The position numbers and the translations under genes are program-made. The notes under the pieces were generated by a model that made no database searches, had not been told where the DNA came from, and worked only from the letters and a program-made list of their open reading frames with translations. From an uncultured Gammaproteobacteria bacterium (GTDB lineage Bacteria > Patescibacteriota > Patescibacteriia > Magasanikbacterales > UBA922), in assembly GCA_964522435.1 (NCBI GenBank), contig CAZFUL010000004.1, positions 54,360-118,359 on the forward strand: a stretch of 64,000 nt of DNA. The letters are read 5' to 3'. Below, piece by piece: positions 9,575 through 18,767 of this stretch (its first letter is position 1; the number at the start of each line of letters is the position of its first letter).

Positions 9575-12301
9575 AAAGATTTGCCAAAGGCCTACGAGCC
9601 AAAACTCTACGAAGATGATATTTATAAACAATGGGAAGAAAGTGGATTATTTAATCCAGATGTTTGTGTTGAAAAAGGTGTCACGAAACAAGATGCGAAG
9701 GCCTTTAGTATTGTCTTACCACCGCCCAATGTGACGGGAACCCTGCATATGGGCCATGCGGCGATGCTTGCGATTGAAGACGTTATGATTCGCTACCACC
9801 GGATGAAAGGGGATAAAACCTTGTGGTTGCCAGGGACAGATCATGCAGCGATTGCGACAGAATCAAAAGTAGAAAAATTGCTTATTGATGCGGGAACAGA
9901 AAAACCAAAAGAAATTCTTGGGCGTGTTGAGTTTTTGAAAAAAGTCGATGTCTTTGCGCAAGAATCTCACGACACCATTGTTGGGCAGGCAAAAAAAATG
10001 GGTGCTTCGCTCGATTGGACCAGAGAAGCGTTTACCTTAGACGAGGTGCGCAATAAAGCGGTACGAAGCGTCTTTAAAAAAATGTACGATGATGGACTTA
10101 TTTATCGTGGGGATCGCATTGTCAATTGGGATCCAAAAATGCAATCAAATGTTGCGGATGATGAAATTGAATATAAAGAAGAACAAAGTGAATTTTACTA
10201 TTTTCAGTATGGGCCGTTTGTTATTGGGACGGCTCGCCCAGAAACAAAATTTGGTGATAAATATGTCATCATGCATCCAAGTGATGAACGCTACGCGAAA
10301 TACAACCATGGCGACATCTTTACTTGTGAGTGGATTAATGGACCAATTACGGCAACAATTATTAAAGATGAGGCGGTAGACCCTACCTTTGGTACGGGAG
10401 TTATGACTATTACGCCTTGGCACTCCGTGGTGGATTTTGAATTAGCAGAAAAATACAAGCTTGATAAAGAGCAAATTATTGATATGGATGGACGATTGCT
10501 CCCTATTGCGGGTGCCTTTGCTGGCATACCAATAGCCGAGGCACGAAAAAAGATTGTTGAACATTTAGACAAAAAAGGATTAGTCGTAAACATAGAAAAA
10601 AATTACGTTCATAATGTTGCCGTAAATTATCGTGGTGGGGGAGTAGTAGAACCGCAAGTTCGCAAACAATGGTTTATTGATGTGAACAAAAAATTTGTTC
10701 TACCACACTCACAGATTACAGGCATTCACCATGGTCAAGAAGTAACGCTAAAAGAATTGATGCAAACGGTTGTTCATAATAAACAGGTTAGCATTCTTCC
10801 AGAGCGATTTGAAAAAACCTATTTTCATTGGATAGATAATTTGCGTGACTGGTGTATTAGTCGCCAAATTTGGTATGGTCATCAAATTCCCGTGTGGTAC
10901 AAAGGAGAAGAGATATTTGTTGGTGATGCTGCACCAGAAGGTGATGGATGGACACAAGATCCGGATACCCTTGATACTTGGTTTTCTGCTGGACTTTGGA
11001 GCTTTTCTACCCTGCTCGATAAAGACATGAAAGAGGGAGAAACATTTGAAGAGTGGGTTGCCCGCTCAACGGACTTGAAAGATTTTCACCCAACATCTGT
11101 CCTTGAAACAGGCTATGATATTCTGTTCTTTTGGGTTGCCCGCATGATTTTAATGACCACCTACACCCTTGGCCAAATACCGTTTGAAACAGTGTATCTA
11201 CATGGCTTAGTGCGAGATGATCAAGGAAGAAAAATGAGTAAGACGCTCGGCAATATCATCAACCCCCTCGACATGATTGAAAAATATGGGACAGATGCAA
11301 CCCGTCTTTCTCTGTTGATTGGCTCAACACCAGGAAATGATGTCAAATTGTCTGAAGAAAAAATTGCAGGATTTAGAAATTTTACGAATAAATTGTGGAA
11401 TATCAGTCGGTTTATTTTGTTGAATATTGACCAGCCTAAAAAAGATGTAGAATTGCCAGAAATTAAAACATTAGCTGATGCAGCGATTCTTTCCAACCTA
11501 GGGAATCTTTTGCTTTCAAGTCTTATTGAAACACATAGGTATTCTGCTGCGGGCGAAGAATTAAGAGATTTTACTTGGAATGAACTTGCTGATAAATATT
11601 TAGAAATTGCAAAATTTGAAGAAAATAAATCAGAAGTACTTAACTATGTACTTAATACAATTTTAAAATTGTGGCATCCCTTCATGCCATTTGTTACTGA
11701 GGCAATTTGGAAAGAAATATATGGTGAAGACGAAATGTTGATGGTTGAACAATGGCCAGTTATTAATATACCACATTCTCCTTCTATCTTAGATGCGTAT
11801 AACGAATATATTAGACTTGATTATTATCCTCAGGACGTCCAGAATCTTTGGCAGAATCTTTGGGATGTAATTACCTCTATTCGTTCTCTTCGTTCTGAAA
11901 AAGGAATAGCTCCTTCCGTCAAATTATCTGTATATATTATTACAAAGGAATACCAAACATTATTTGAAAAAAATAAATCAGTTATTGAAAAATTAGCTCG
12001 ATTAGAATCACTTTCGGTCGTATCAGAATTAGAAAAGACAACAAGTATCGCTTCGGTAGTTGTTGGTGCGTCTGAAGTTTGTATTGACTTTAAGGGGGCA
12101 ATTGACCTTTCTGCTGAAAAGATTCGTATCCAAAAAGAAATCGACCACGTTGCTCCGTATGTTACGGCGCAAGAAAAAAAATTGGCAGGAGATTTCGCAA
12201 AGAACGCACCGGAAGCCATTGTCGAAAAAGAACGACAAAAATTACAAGAAGCCCAAGAAAAATTACAGCTTTTACAAACACAACTTGATCAATTGAAATA
12301 A
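9575..12301 (+). CDS. valS: Valyl-tRNA synthetase
   Basis: Class I HIGH motif PPPNVTGTLHMGHA. KMSKTLGN. C-terminal coiled-coil (LQEAQEKLQLLQTQLDQLK). The start is chosen at MKDLPKAYEPK, which matches the usual ValS N-terminus. The longest ORF starts at 9521. Confidence 0.93.
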   Translation, partial: KDLPKAYEPKLYEDDIYKQWEESGLFNPDVCVEKGVTKQDAKAFSIVLPPPNVTGTLHMGHAAMLAIEDVMIRYHRMKGDKTLWLPGTDHAAIATESKVEKLLIDAGTEKPKEILGRVEFLKKVDVFAQESHDTIVGQAKKMGASLDWTREAFTLDEVRNKAVRSVFKKMYDDGLIYRGDRIVNWDPKMQSNVADDEIEYKEEQSEFYYFQYGPFVIGTARPETKFGDKYVIMHPSDERYAKYNHGDIFTCEWINGPITATIIKDEAVDPTFGTGVMTITPWHSVVDFELAEKYKLDKEQIIDMDGRLLPIAGAFAGIPIAEARKKIVEHLDKKGLVVNIEKNYVHNVAVNYRGGGVVEPQVRKQWFIDVNKKFVLPHSQITGIHHGQEVTLKELMQTVVHNKQVSILPERFEKTYFHWIDNLRDWCISRQIWYGHQIPVWYKGEEIFVGDAAPEGDGWTQDPDTLDTWFSAGLWSFSTLLDKDMKEGETFEEWVARSTDLKDFHPTSVLETGYDILFFWVARMILMTTYTLGQIPFETVYLHGLVRDDQGRKMSKTLGNIINPLDMIEKYGTDATRLSLLIGSTPGNDVKLSEEKIAGFRNFTNKLWNISRFILLNIDQPKKDVELPEIKTLADAAILSNLGNLLLSSLIETHRYSAAGEELRDFTWNELADKYLEIAKFEENKSEVLNYVLNTILKLWHPFMPFVTEAIWKEIYGEDEMLMVEQWPVINIPHSPSILDAYNEYIRLDYYPQDVQNLWQNLWDVITSIRSLRSEKGIAPSVKLSVYIITKEYQTLFEKNKSVIEKLARLESLSVVSELEKTTSIASVVVGASEVCIDFKGAIDLSAEKIRIQKEIDHVAPYVTAQEKKLAGDFAKNAPEAIVEKERQKLQEAQEKLQLLQTQLDQLK

Positions 12302-12302
12302 T

Positions 12303-13550
12303 ATGTCTGTATCCACAAACAAAGAACAGATTGCCGCACTTCTTAGCCGGGGAGTAGATGAAATTATTGGCAAAGAAGACTTAGAAAAAAAATTACAGAG
12401 TGGCAAACAACTCCGTATTAAGTTAGGGATAGATCCAACCAGCCCACATTTGCATTTGGGGCGCTCTATTCCCTTATTAAAATTGCGTGACTTTCAAGAA
12501 CTTGGTCACAAGATTGTGTTTATCATTGGCAATTTTACCGGCGTCATTGGCGATACCTCTGATAAAGACAGTGAACGCCCGATGCTTGAAGACAATACGA
12601 TTGCGCATAATATGAAAGAATATGCGGCACAAGCAGGAAAAATTATTGATTTAGATCAATGTGAAGTACGCTACAATAGTGAATGGTTATCATCACTCAC
12701 CTACGGAGAAATTGGCCGACAAGCGAATGCCTTTTCTGTTGCAGAATTTATTGCCCGCGATAATATTAAACGTCGGCTTGATGATGGAAAGCGAGTATCA
12801 TTGCGCGAAATGTTGTACCCCTTAATGCAAGGCTATGATTCTGTGGCGGTACAGGCAGATGTAGAATTGGGTGGAACAGATCAACGCTTTAATTTGCTTG
12901 CGGGCAGAGTGTTGCAGCAAGAATACAAACAAGAACCACAAGCCATTATCATGGGGCCACTTGTTGAAGGAACAGACGGGCGTAAGATGAGTTCTAGTTG
13001 GGGGAATACCATCAATGTCACAGAATCTCCCAATGAGATGTTTGGCAAAGTGATGAGCATTCAAGATGAATTAATTATCAAATACTTTAGCCTTATGACG
13101 CGTGTGCCTATGGAATTGGTACAGCAATATGCACAAGACATGAAAGAGGGCGCGAATCCAAAAGAATATAAAATGAAATTAGGATTTGAACTTGTGCGAT
13201 TTTACCATTCAGAAGAAGCCGCACATTTAGCCAATGCCTATTTTATTGACACCTTTGCAAATAAACAAATTCCTACAGAAATGCCTTTGATTAGACCTCA
13301 AAACTATAAGTTGATACCTACTTTGGTTGAGAGTGGTCTTGCAAAAAGTACTTCAGATGCATTACGTTTAATTTCTGGTGGAGGCATTAAGGTTAATGGA
13401 AAAAAAGTGTTTCCTTTTGTTCCTGTTAGTGAATTTAACGAGGATGGATCTGTCCCCGGTTATGATTTAAAACCAGGAGATACTGTTCAAAATTTGGAAC
13501 CAGGGGATATTATCCAAAAAGGAAAACGATTTTTTGTCCGAATCACGTAA
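12303..13550 (+). CDS. tyrS: Tyrosyl-tRNA synthetase
   Basis: GIDPTSPHLHLGRSIPL (HIGH-type), KMSSSWGN (KMSKS), and a C-terminal S4-like domain. About 415 aa. Confidence 0.85.
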   Translation: MSVSTNKEQIAALLSRGVDEIIGKEDLEKKLQSGKQLRIKLGIDPTSPHLHLGRSIPLLKLRDFQELGHKIVFIIGNFTGVIGDTSDKDSERPMLEDNTIAHNMKEYAAQAGKIIDLDQCEVRYNSEWLSSLTYGEIGRQANAFSVAEFIARDNIKRRLDDGKRVSLREMLYPLMQGYDSVAVQADVELGGTDQRFNLLAGRVLQQEYKQEPQAIIMGPLVEGTDGRKMSSSWGNTINVTESPNEMFGKVMSIQDELIIKYFSLMTRVPMELVQQYAQDMKEGANPKEYKMKLGFELVRFYHSEEAAHLANAYFIDTFANKQIPTEMPLIRPQNYKLIPTLVESGLAKSTSDALRLISGGGIKVNGKKVFPFVPVSEFNEDGSVPGYDLKPGDTVQNLEPGDIIQKGKRFFVRIT

Positions 13551-15279
13551 TAGTTTATCTGTAATTATGTTAGAACAACACCTTATTCAGCTTCTCACAT
13601 CCCTCGGTATTCCTGAGCCGTTGCAGTTATCAAAACCTCCCAAACAAGACATGGGCGACTATGCCTTTGCCTGTTTTGATATTGCCAAACAAACAGGAAA
13701 AAACCCTGCGGAGTATGCAAAGGAATTAGTTGAAAAAATACAAGAACAACACAATCCTCTTATTACCAAAGTGCAGGCATTTGGCCCGTATGTGAATTTC
13801 TTTTTGAATATAGAAGAGCTTGCCTTGCAGCTGCTTGCTGACATTCATACGCAAGGAAATAACTACGGAAAGCATTCTATCGGAAAAGGAAAAACATACC
13901 TTATTGAATTTGGTTGCCCGAATCCCTTGAAGGCGTTTCATTTAGGACATTTAAAAAATCTTATTACTGGTGAATCAGTGGCACGATTATTTGAACAGGG
14001 AGGCTACACGGTCGTACGGGTAAATTACCAAGGTGATGTCGGGATGCATGTGGCCAAAGCCTTATGGGGAATAGTTGATTGGAAAGAACAATTTGATGTT
14101 ATGGCCGAGATGCCACTCACGCAACGGGTGGAATTTTTAGGCAAAGCCTATGCGCATGGAGCTGCACACTATGAAAAAGATGATGCGTCAAAACAGGAAG
14201 TTGTGGCATATAATGATAAAGTATACGAAGAAGATCCATCAATACAAGAGATATATACAAAAGCGCGTGCATGGAGTTTGGCCTATTTTGATGATATTTA
14301 TACACGCATGGATACCCGTTTTGATCATTTTTATTTTGAATCACAAACAGCAATGCCAGGAATCGCATTGGTAAAAGAATATCAAACAAAACAGGTATTT
14401 GAAGAAGGAGAAGGGGGAGCGATTATTTTTCCTGGATCACGCTACGGCTTGCATGATCGGGTGTTTATTAATGGCAAAGGCTATCCAACCTACGAGGCAA
14501 AAGAAGTTGCCTTGGCGCAAGAACATTTTAAACAACAACCAGATAAAATTATTCACGTTGTTGGAAAAGAACAAACTGAATATTTTAAAGTAGTTATTGC
14601 AGCAATTGAACAAGTATTTCCAGATAAACAGGGAATTGAATATCACCTCCCTGGTGGCTTTTTGCAGTTAAAGGGAGAAGAAAAAATGAGTTCCCGTAAA
14701 GGAAATATTATTACTGGTGATGAGCTCATTGCCTTGGTAGAAGAAAAAATTGCTCGTCTCATGCGTGAGCAAGAAAAAGATACGGTAACACAAATAGATG
14801 ATAGCCAAGTACACACTATTGCGGCAGCCGCGTTAAAATATGCCATGTTAAAAGCAGATATTACGAAAGATATTGCGTTTGATATGGATGAGTCTGTCTC
14901 TACGAGTGGGGATAGTGGCCCATATTTATTATATACGGTTGCCCGCATTAATAGCATGTTAGCAAAAAACACTGCTGATACTGTAGCAATGCCCTTGGTT
15001 GTTCCAGATAGCTTGCATGATGAAGAAAAACAATTAGTCTTTATGTTGGCTGAATATCCGCAAACGGTTAACAAAGCACTCGAACACTATGATCCGTCTT
15101 TTGTTGCCAAATATCTTTTCTCGTTGGCGCAGGCATTTCACCGATTTTATGCTGCTTGTCCCGTATTGACAAGCGACCCTATTGAAAAACGCTTTCGTGT
15201 AGCGCTCGTTGAGAGTATTCAACAAACCATGACCAATGGCTTACATATTTTGGGGATTAAGACGGTATCCTCAATGTAA
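13534..15279 (+). CDS. argS: Arginyl-tRNA synthetase
   Basis: CPNPLKAFHLGHLKN (HIGH) and EKMSSRKGN. Has the N-terminal Arg-tRNA-binding add-on and the DALR-like C-terminus. The start may instead be the internal Met at 13567. Confidence 0.9.
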   Translation: MSESRNSLSVIMLEQHLIQLLTSLGIPEPLQLSKPPKQDMGDYAFACFDIAKQTGKNPAEYAKELVEKIQEQHNPLITKVQAFGPYVNFFLNIEELALQLLADIHTQGNNYGKHSIGKGKTYLIEFGCPNPLKAFHLGHLKNLITGESVARLFEQGGYTVVRVNYQGDVGMHVAKALWGIVDWKEQFDVMAEMPLTQRVEFLGKAYAHGAAHYEKDDASKQEVVAYNDKVYEEDPSIQEIYTKARAWSLAYFDDIYTRMDTRFDHFYFESQTAMPGIALVKEYQTKQVFEEGEGGAIIFPGSRYGLHDRVFINGKGYPTYEAKEVALAQEHFKQQPDKIIHVVGKEQTEYFKVVIAAIEQVFPDKQGIEYHLPGGFLQLKGEEKMSSRKGNIITGDELIALVEEKIARLMREQEKDTVTQIDDSQVHTIAAAALKYAMLKADITKDIAFDMDESVSTSGDSGPYLLYTVARINSMLAKNTADTVAMPLVVPDSLHDEEKQLVFMLAEYPQTVNKALEHYDPSFVAKYLFSLAQAFHRFYAACPVLTSDPIEKRFRVALVESIQQTMTNGLHILGIKTVSSM

Positions 15280-15293
15280 CTAGTACTAAGCTA

Positions 15294-15321
15294 TTGACAT
15301 AGTATTTATTTGTGCTATATC
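15294..15321 (+). promoter_or_regulatory. Candidate promoter upstream of pdaD
   Basis: TTGACA (15294-15299), a 16-nt spacer, then TATATC. Confidence 0.4.
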
Positions 15322-15357
15322 TTGTAGTGAGGGGATTTTTTATTTAACCTGTTTTAT

Positions 15358-15885
15358 ATGGATATTCACGTTGTTACCGGAAAAGGAGAAGGAACGACAT
15401 TGCTTTCTTCTTTTGATGCTGCGCTTAAAGATTCTGGTGTTTATAATTATAATTTAATTTACTTATCTTCGGTTGTCCCGCCACAAGCAAAGATTCAAGA
15501 TATTGGAAAATTGTTTGATCAACCAGGTATTCATGGCGATCGATTGTATGTGGTTATTGCAAGAGAGCAAAGTGATGTGGTTGGCACAGTGATTGGATCA
15601 GCGGTTGGTTGGTATCAGTTTGATAGTAGTGGCGCGGGTGTATTTGTGGAACATCATATACAAGGAACCCACATGGCCGATGTCTCTACGGAGTTAGAAC
15701 GACTTATTACCTATTCTGTTCGTGATCTTTGTCATGGACGCGGTATTCCCTTTGAAAAAGAAAAATGTCATTCAGCATTGTCTGTTATGACGGTGCAAAA
15801 TAGACCGGCAACAGTATGTGTCTTAGCGGTATTTCAACATGAACCTTGGCGACAACAACACAATTCCCACGTTTCCGGTGTTTAA
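15358..15885 (+). CDS. pdaD: Pyruvoyl-dependent arginine decarboxylase (PdaD/AaxB family)
   Basis: HVVTGKGEGTTLLSSFDAALKDSGVYNYNLIYLSSVVPPQAKI aligns with the PdaD N-terminus, including the Ser-Ser self-cleavage site (LSS|VVPP). Confidence 0.8.
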   Translation: MDIHVVTGKGEGTTLLSSFDAALKDSGVYNYNLIYLSSVVPPQAKIQDIGKLFDQPGIHGDRLYVVIAREQSDVVGTVIGSAVGWYQFDSSGAGVFVEHHIQGTHMADVSTELERLITYSVRDLCHGRGIPFEKEKCHSALSVMTVQNRPATVCVLAVFQHEPWRQQHNSHVSGV

Positions 15886-16792
15886 AAAATTATTATTAAG
15901 CGATCGTGAATTTTTTATCGAGTATACTCGTCGCTTTTTGCCATATTCAGATAGTAATTTTACCAGTCTTTGGACCTGGAATATTGAAGAACAAGTGGAA
16001 ATAAGTATATTGAACGGCAATTTGGTTATTCTTTTTCAAGATTATCTTACCAGAGAGCCGTTTTTTTATTTTATGGGGACCGAGCAGGTAGTGGAAACGA
16101 TAACAACCTTATTAGCGGAAGCGGCAAAACGGGGGTATACACCACAATTAAAATTAATTGGGCAAGAAGTAATTACGGCATTGCAACAAGAAATACAAGG
16201 GAACAATTCCCTTTCTTTTATCTATAGCGAAGATGAAGATCAACATGATTATGTGTACGATATGCAGCTGCTGAGTACTATGTCAGGAAAAAAATTACGC
16301 GGAAAAAAGAATTTTATTAATCGTTTTGAAAAAGTATACGCACAAGAAGCAAAGATTATCCGTTTAGATCTATCTGATAAAGCAATTCAAGAAAAAATTA
16401 TTCGTCTCTTTTTACGCTGGGCAAATGAGTCACAACAAGATACAACCGAAACAGCAAATGAACTGCAAGCTATCGGTCGATTATTGCTTCATCAAGATCA
16501 GTTTTCTTTGCATGCCGTGGGTATTTTTATTGATAGTGAATTGATTGCGTTTGCGATTAACGAATTTGTTACAGAAGAGTACGTTATTAATCATTATCAA
16601 AAAGCAATAACCAGCTATGTTGGCGTGTATCCATTTTTAATGCAGGCCATGAATCAGTGTTATGTGCAAAAAGGGTATCGCTACATGAATGCAGAACAAG
16701 ATTTAGGCCTCCCTGGGTTACGAAAATCAAAACAAGCCTATCAACCAATTTTTCAATTAAAAAAATATCGTATTACTTCAGCCACCGAGTAG
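15839..16792 (+). CDS. Hypothetical cytoplasmic protein
   Basis: 317-aa ORF with no family I can name with confidence. The true start is probably the GTG at 15878 (overlapping pdaD by 8 nt) rather than the ATG at 15839, which overlaps by 47 nt. Confidence 0.45.
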   Translation: MNLGDNNTIPTFPVFKKLLLSDREFFIEYTRRFLPYSDSNFTSLWTWNIEEQVEISILNGNLVILFQDYLTREPFFYFMGTEQVVETITTLLAEAAKRGYTPQLKLIGQEVITALQQEIQGNNSLSFIYSEDEDQHDYVYDMQLLSTMSGKKLRGKKNFINRFEKVYAQEAKIIRLDLSDKAIQEKIIRLFLRWANESQQDTTETANELQAIGRLLLHQDQFSLHAVGIFIDSELIAFAINEFVTEEYVINHYQKAITSYVGVYPFLMQAMNQCYVQKGYRYMNAEQDLGLPGLRKSKQAYQPIFQLKKYRITSATE

Positions 16793-16861
16793 GGTTGACA
16801 GAAATGGCATACTTTGCTAGCCTCTCTTCGCCAATCACGGCAACACACAAGGAGAAGCTCA

Positions 16862-17479
16862 ATGAGCTTGGCTGACATTGGATTTATCATGGTGTTGTTG
16901 TTCACCTTGCCCGAAGTTTGGGCAGAGTGGCTGCAAGGCCGGCGCATCCGATCGATGCAAACGGGCACCTCGGTGCCGGTGAGCACCAACTCCATTGACA
17001 TCGCAACCTTTTTTGCGTCGGCGATCTATGGATTGTTGTATCCGGGGTTCAGCTGGGCGTACTTTCTCAACGGTCTGTTGACTGGGCTGGCCTTTTTCTA
17101 CGTCGGTGTTGGACTCCGCAAGTATCGTCGTGCCACGTGGCGAAACTACGTACTGGATCTATTCCTCATCGGAAATTTAATCCTGATGGTCGTCGTGGAC
17201 CAAGGCAATCGCGAACTGCTCATGACGGGGTTTTTGCTCTATACCTTGATTGGCGAGAGCAAACTGCTTCATGAACTCTGGCGCGATGGACGAGGCGCGG
17301 TTGAGTTCAAGAAGGTTATGACCTGGTTGGTGAGCAACATCTCGTTCACCATCTATGGCTATGCAATACAAGACCCAGTGTTTTTGTATTGTTGCGGCGC
17401 CATCTCAGTGGTGCAAGCCATCCAGGTCGTCGTGTATCTTCGCGCACCACCACGCGAAGAAGAATCATCTGCGAGCTAA
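16862..17479 (+). CDS. Seven-TM small membrane protein encoded in a GC-rich island
   Basis: The sequence aaggag, 8 nt, then ATG (MSLADIGF...). About 7 hydrophobic helices in 206 aa. Composition is clearly GC-rich relative to the flanks. Confidence 0.5.
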   Translation: MSLADIGFIMVLLFTLPEVWAEWLQGRRIRSMQTGTSVPVSTNSIDIATFFASAIYGLLYPGFSWAYFLNGLLTGLAFFYVGVGLRKYRRATWRNYVLDLFLIGNLILMVVVDQGNRELLMTGFLLYTLIGESKLLHELWRDGRGAVEFKKVMTWLVSNISFTIYGYAIQDPVFLYCCGAISVVQAIQVVVYLRAPPREEESSAS

Positions 17480-17605
17480 GGCTCGTGTAGGAGTTGAAGC
17501 CATTGTGTTCAGGGTGGGGACACAATGGCTTCCCGAGGTTCCTTGTTTTTTCTCCATGTGCTATACTCTCTTTAGAATAATTATATTTAATTTATTGTAA
17601 GGGGT

Positions 17606-18427
17606 ATGTTGCACATTGCAAAAGACAGATACACCAAATTCATTATAGTTTGGGGAGCGCTCATGACAATATGGTGGTTGGTATTACACGCAGGAACCTT
17701 TAGTGAAAATCAATATTTAATTTTTGGTGCGGTATACGGAACCATTATTACCTTATTTGTTTCTTTGTTTGGTTTTTCTACCGCAAAATATTGGGGAGGC
17801 ATGAAAAGCATCATGGGCAAAGCAATATTTTTTCTTTCTGCCGGGGTATTTGCGCAATTTTTGGGTCAGTTAGTATTTAGCTTTTATAATATTATTTTAG
17901 GGGTCGAAGTACCCTACCCGTCTCTTGCTGATATTGGTTATTTTGGCAACATTCCGCTGTATGTGTTAGGAATTATCTATTTGGCACAGGCATCTGGATT
18001 AAAGTTGTCGTTGAAATCATTTGGATCAAAACTGCAAGCCGTATTTATTCCTATTATCATGATTGCTATTTCATATACGCTCTTTTTGCGCGAGTATGAT
18101 TTTGCGTCAAGTGATTTACTGACCATGGTATTAGATTTTGGCTATCCGATTGGACAGGGATTATATTTATCTATTGCCCTTGTTACCTATAGTTTGTCTG
18201 TAAAAACGCTTGGTGGTATTATGCGCAGCCGCATTGTATTTATTCTGGCTGCCTTTGTTATGCAATATTTAGCTGATTTTAACTTTCTATATCAACATCT
18301 GGTTGGCACCTGGTATAACGGTGGGTATGGTGATTATTTGTATCTTATCGCATATGTGTTTATGGGAATTGGTTTATTCCAATTGAGAGTAACCGCCCAA
18401 GCATTACGTGCTGAAGAAAAAAAATAA
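17606..18427 (+). CDS. Polytopic membrane protein, unknown function
   Basis: At least 7 hydrophobic segments. Preceded by a TATACT -10-like element at about 17558. Confidence 0.5.
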   Translation: MLHIAKDRYTKFIIVWGALMTIWWLVLHAGTFSENQYLIFGAVYGTIITLFVSLFGFSTAKYWGGMKSIMGKAIFFLSAGVFAQFLGQLVFSFYNIILGVEVPYPSLADIGYFGNIPLYVLGIIYLAQASGLKLSLKSFGSKLQAVFIPIIMIAISYTLFLREYDFASSDLLTMVLDFGYPIGQGLYLSIALVTYSLSVKTLGGIMRSRIVFILAAFVMQYLADFNFLYQHLVGTWYNGGYGDYLYLIAYVFMGIGLFQLRVTAQALRAEEKK

Positions 18428-18436
18428 TACTAAGCT

Positions 18437-18715
18437 ATGGATAGCATATACGAAAAAATCATTCGTGAAATCATCAAACAGCAAGAGATGATTGTTGGCT
18501 CATTAGCGTGGACCGAAGCAAAAAAAGTAGATGGGTTAGAAATTGCCGATGGACAGCTGGTGCGGGTTCAAGGAAATGATGAGAAAGTATTAGGCTTATT
18601 AGTCGAACAATATAAGCGTTTGTTTGGTCTTGCCTCTGTTGCGGTCTGTAAGGATGCGGTGAAATCATTATCAAATGAAACAAAGGATGTTCGACTTCCA
18701 GACATCTTAAAATAA
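18437..18715 (+). CDS. Small hypothetical protein
   Basis: 92-aa ORF, tightly spaced after the membrane protein. No recognisable motif. Confidence 0.3.
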   Translation: MDSIYEKIIREIIKQQEMIVGSLAWTEAKKVDGLEIADGQLVRVQGNDEKVLGLLVEQYKRLFGLASVAVCKDAVKSLSNETKDVRLPDILK

Positions 18716-18767
18716 TATCTATCGTGAACATAGTTCCCATTTCTTATAACAGACTGCTATTTTTTCT

